From NCBI GenBank assembly GCA_038826135.1, contig JAWBON010000025.1:8859-17346 (forward strand): 8,488 nt of DNA. Reading direction: 5' to 3'. Both the position numbers and the translations under genes were made by a program. The notes below the pieces were generated by a model. It was given only the letters and a program-made list of their open reading frames with translations. It ran no database searches and was not told the origin of the DNA. Positions 6,576 through 8,488 of the stretch are shown piece by piece; the stretch's first letter is position 1, and each line of letters starts with the position of its first letter. Origin of the DNA: Candidatus Odinarchaeota archaeon (lineage in GTDB: Archaea; Asgardarchaeota; Odinarchaeia; Odinarchaeales; Odinarchaeaceae).

Positions 6576-7388
6576 TAAGAGAGTTATAGTTACTCCCGGC
6601 GTTTAGCGGCGCTTCTTCCGGTTGAACCCGGCTTTCACGGACCGCCACTGGCCAGGATTCAGCTTCCGTACACACCCTTACGGGCTAGCGGAAACCTATG
6701 TTTTTATTAAACAGTCAGCACCCCCTAGTCACTGCGACCTAGGATCCCAAGCTGAGCTTAAGACCCCAGGCACCCCTTCTTCCGAAGGTACGAGGCTAGT
6801 TTGCCGATTTCCCTTGCCTAGAGTATCCTGATACGCCTTAGGCTCCTCACCTAGGGGCACCTGTGTTGGTTCTGGGTACGGGCATGGTGGATCCTTCCTG
6901 TCTTCCTTTTCACGGGTTCTCGGAGTTGATCGAAGCCCCCTATAACGGGAGCCCATTCGCGCTTTATCTTGGTTCTCGCCTTTACGGCCCTCCCCAAGGT
7001 TATACGCTTAGACAGGGCGAGAACCCTGCTCGACCTATCCGAAAACGTTGGAAAACAGGCTTGTGTCGCCACACGTACCTCCATGGTACCGGAATATAAA
7101 CCGGTTTCCCTTTTGACACTCTCGAGTTACGGAGTATCTTAGGACCGACTTACCCTCGGCTGACGACGCATCGCCGAGGAACCCTTGCCCTTTCGGCGGC
7201 CGAGATTCTCACTCGGCTGCGCTGTTACTACTACCGGGATCTGCACTTCCGATCGGTCCACTGGACCTTACGGCCCAGCTTCTACCCAACCGGGACGCCC
7301 TCCTACCAGATCACAACATACATTGTGCTCTGGGGTATCGGTGGCTGGCTTTAGCCCCGTCCATTTTCGGGGCCCACATCCTCGGTGG

Positions 7389-7431
<43 letters not shown>

Positions 7432-8488
7432 TACCTTCCCACTGTCTAAGGATGTGGACGCCCTTCGTTTTTACACTTAGCCAACACTTTGGGACCTTAA
7501 CCCCAGTCAGGGTTGTTCCCCTCTCGGTTCAGGAGCTTACCCCCTGAAACCCGTCTCCAGTCTTCTACGGCGCCTGCAAGTTCGGAGTTTAAAAGGAAAG
7601 CGAAAGCTCGCGCTTCCTAACTTCCCAATTAGTGCTCTACCTCACAGGCTGCCTCTGACTGGGCTTGGCTGGGACCCAACTTCGGAGGGAACCAGCTATC
7701 ACCAGGCTAGATTGGTCTTTTGCCCCTATCCCCAAGTTATGGGAGCGAATTGCACGTCAGCAACCCTTCAGTCCTCCACCAAGGTTTCCCTTGGCTTCAA
7801 CTTACTCAGGGATAGATCGCCTGGTTTCGGGTTTTATAATCGTGACTCCAGGCCCTTTCAGACCCTGCCCCTCACCGGTCAAGCCGGCTGCGGGCGTATC
7901 GGTTTCCCTTCGTCACTGGAGATAATCTCCTTAGACTCGCCACGACTATAAACTCCCCGGCCCGTGATTCGAGACGGAAGGCGTAACCTTGGTCCTCTTC
8001 CCTCGTTTCCTTCGGGAAGACTCTACCCTTTCAGGCTACGCCCCTCTTTAACCTTCTGGTTTCAGACACTTTTCACCCTCCTACCGGAGTACTTTTCAGC
8101 TTTCCCTCACGGTACTATTGCGCTATCGGTCTTGGGTAGTATTTAGGGTTAGGAGTTGGTGCCTCCTATCTTCCCGCGGGAATACCGACCCACGGTACTC
8201 TGGGACACCCGCCCAATACCTTTCCGATTACATCTACGGGGCTATCACCCTCTATGGCTCATCTTTCCAGATGAATTCAACTTCTCAGAGTAGGTAGAGG
8301 CGAGGCCCTGAACTCCACATCCCCTCTAAGTTTCCTTAGAAGGTTCGGTTTGCCCTTTTCCCCTTTCAGTCGCCCATACTCAGGGAATCCCTATTGGTTT
8401 CTCTTCCTCCCCCTACTAAGATGCTTCAGTTCGGGGGGTTCTCACTCCCATAAGGGAGCGCCAAACCTTATTAGGGTCTGGCAGGAAG

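Overview
Archaeal core-genome window, probably from an Asgard-type lineage (inferred from a stand-alone longin-like protein and an enlarged, branched 23S helix 98). Left to right: the 5' end of an archaeal acetoacetyl-CoA thiolase (-, runs off the left edge), HMG-CoA synthase (-), a longin-like protein (+), a membrane-anchored zinc-ribbon protein (-), tsr3 (+), a type A RNase P RNA (-) whose 3' end overlaps the end of tsr3, GTP-dependent PEP carboxykinase (+), and most of a 23S rRNA gene (-, 5' end outside the window, no 5S behind it). The best findings are in the RNA genes. First, a 30-nt ORF-less intron after E. coli-equivalent A1927 of the 23S forms a canonical bulge-helix-bulge; predicted splicing restores the conserved sequence exactly, and the precursor fold is incompatible with helix 69. 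Second, helix 98/ES39 carries a three-way-junction expansion. All alignments and folds were done by eye; no database searches were run.
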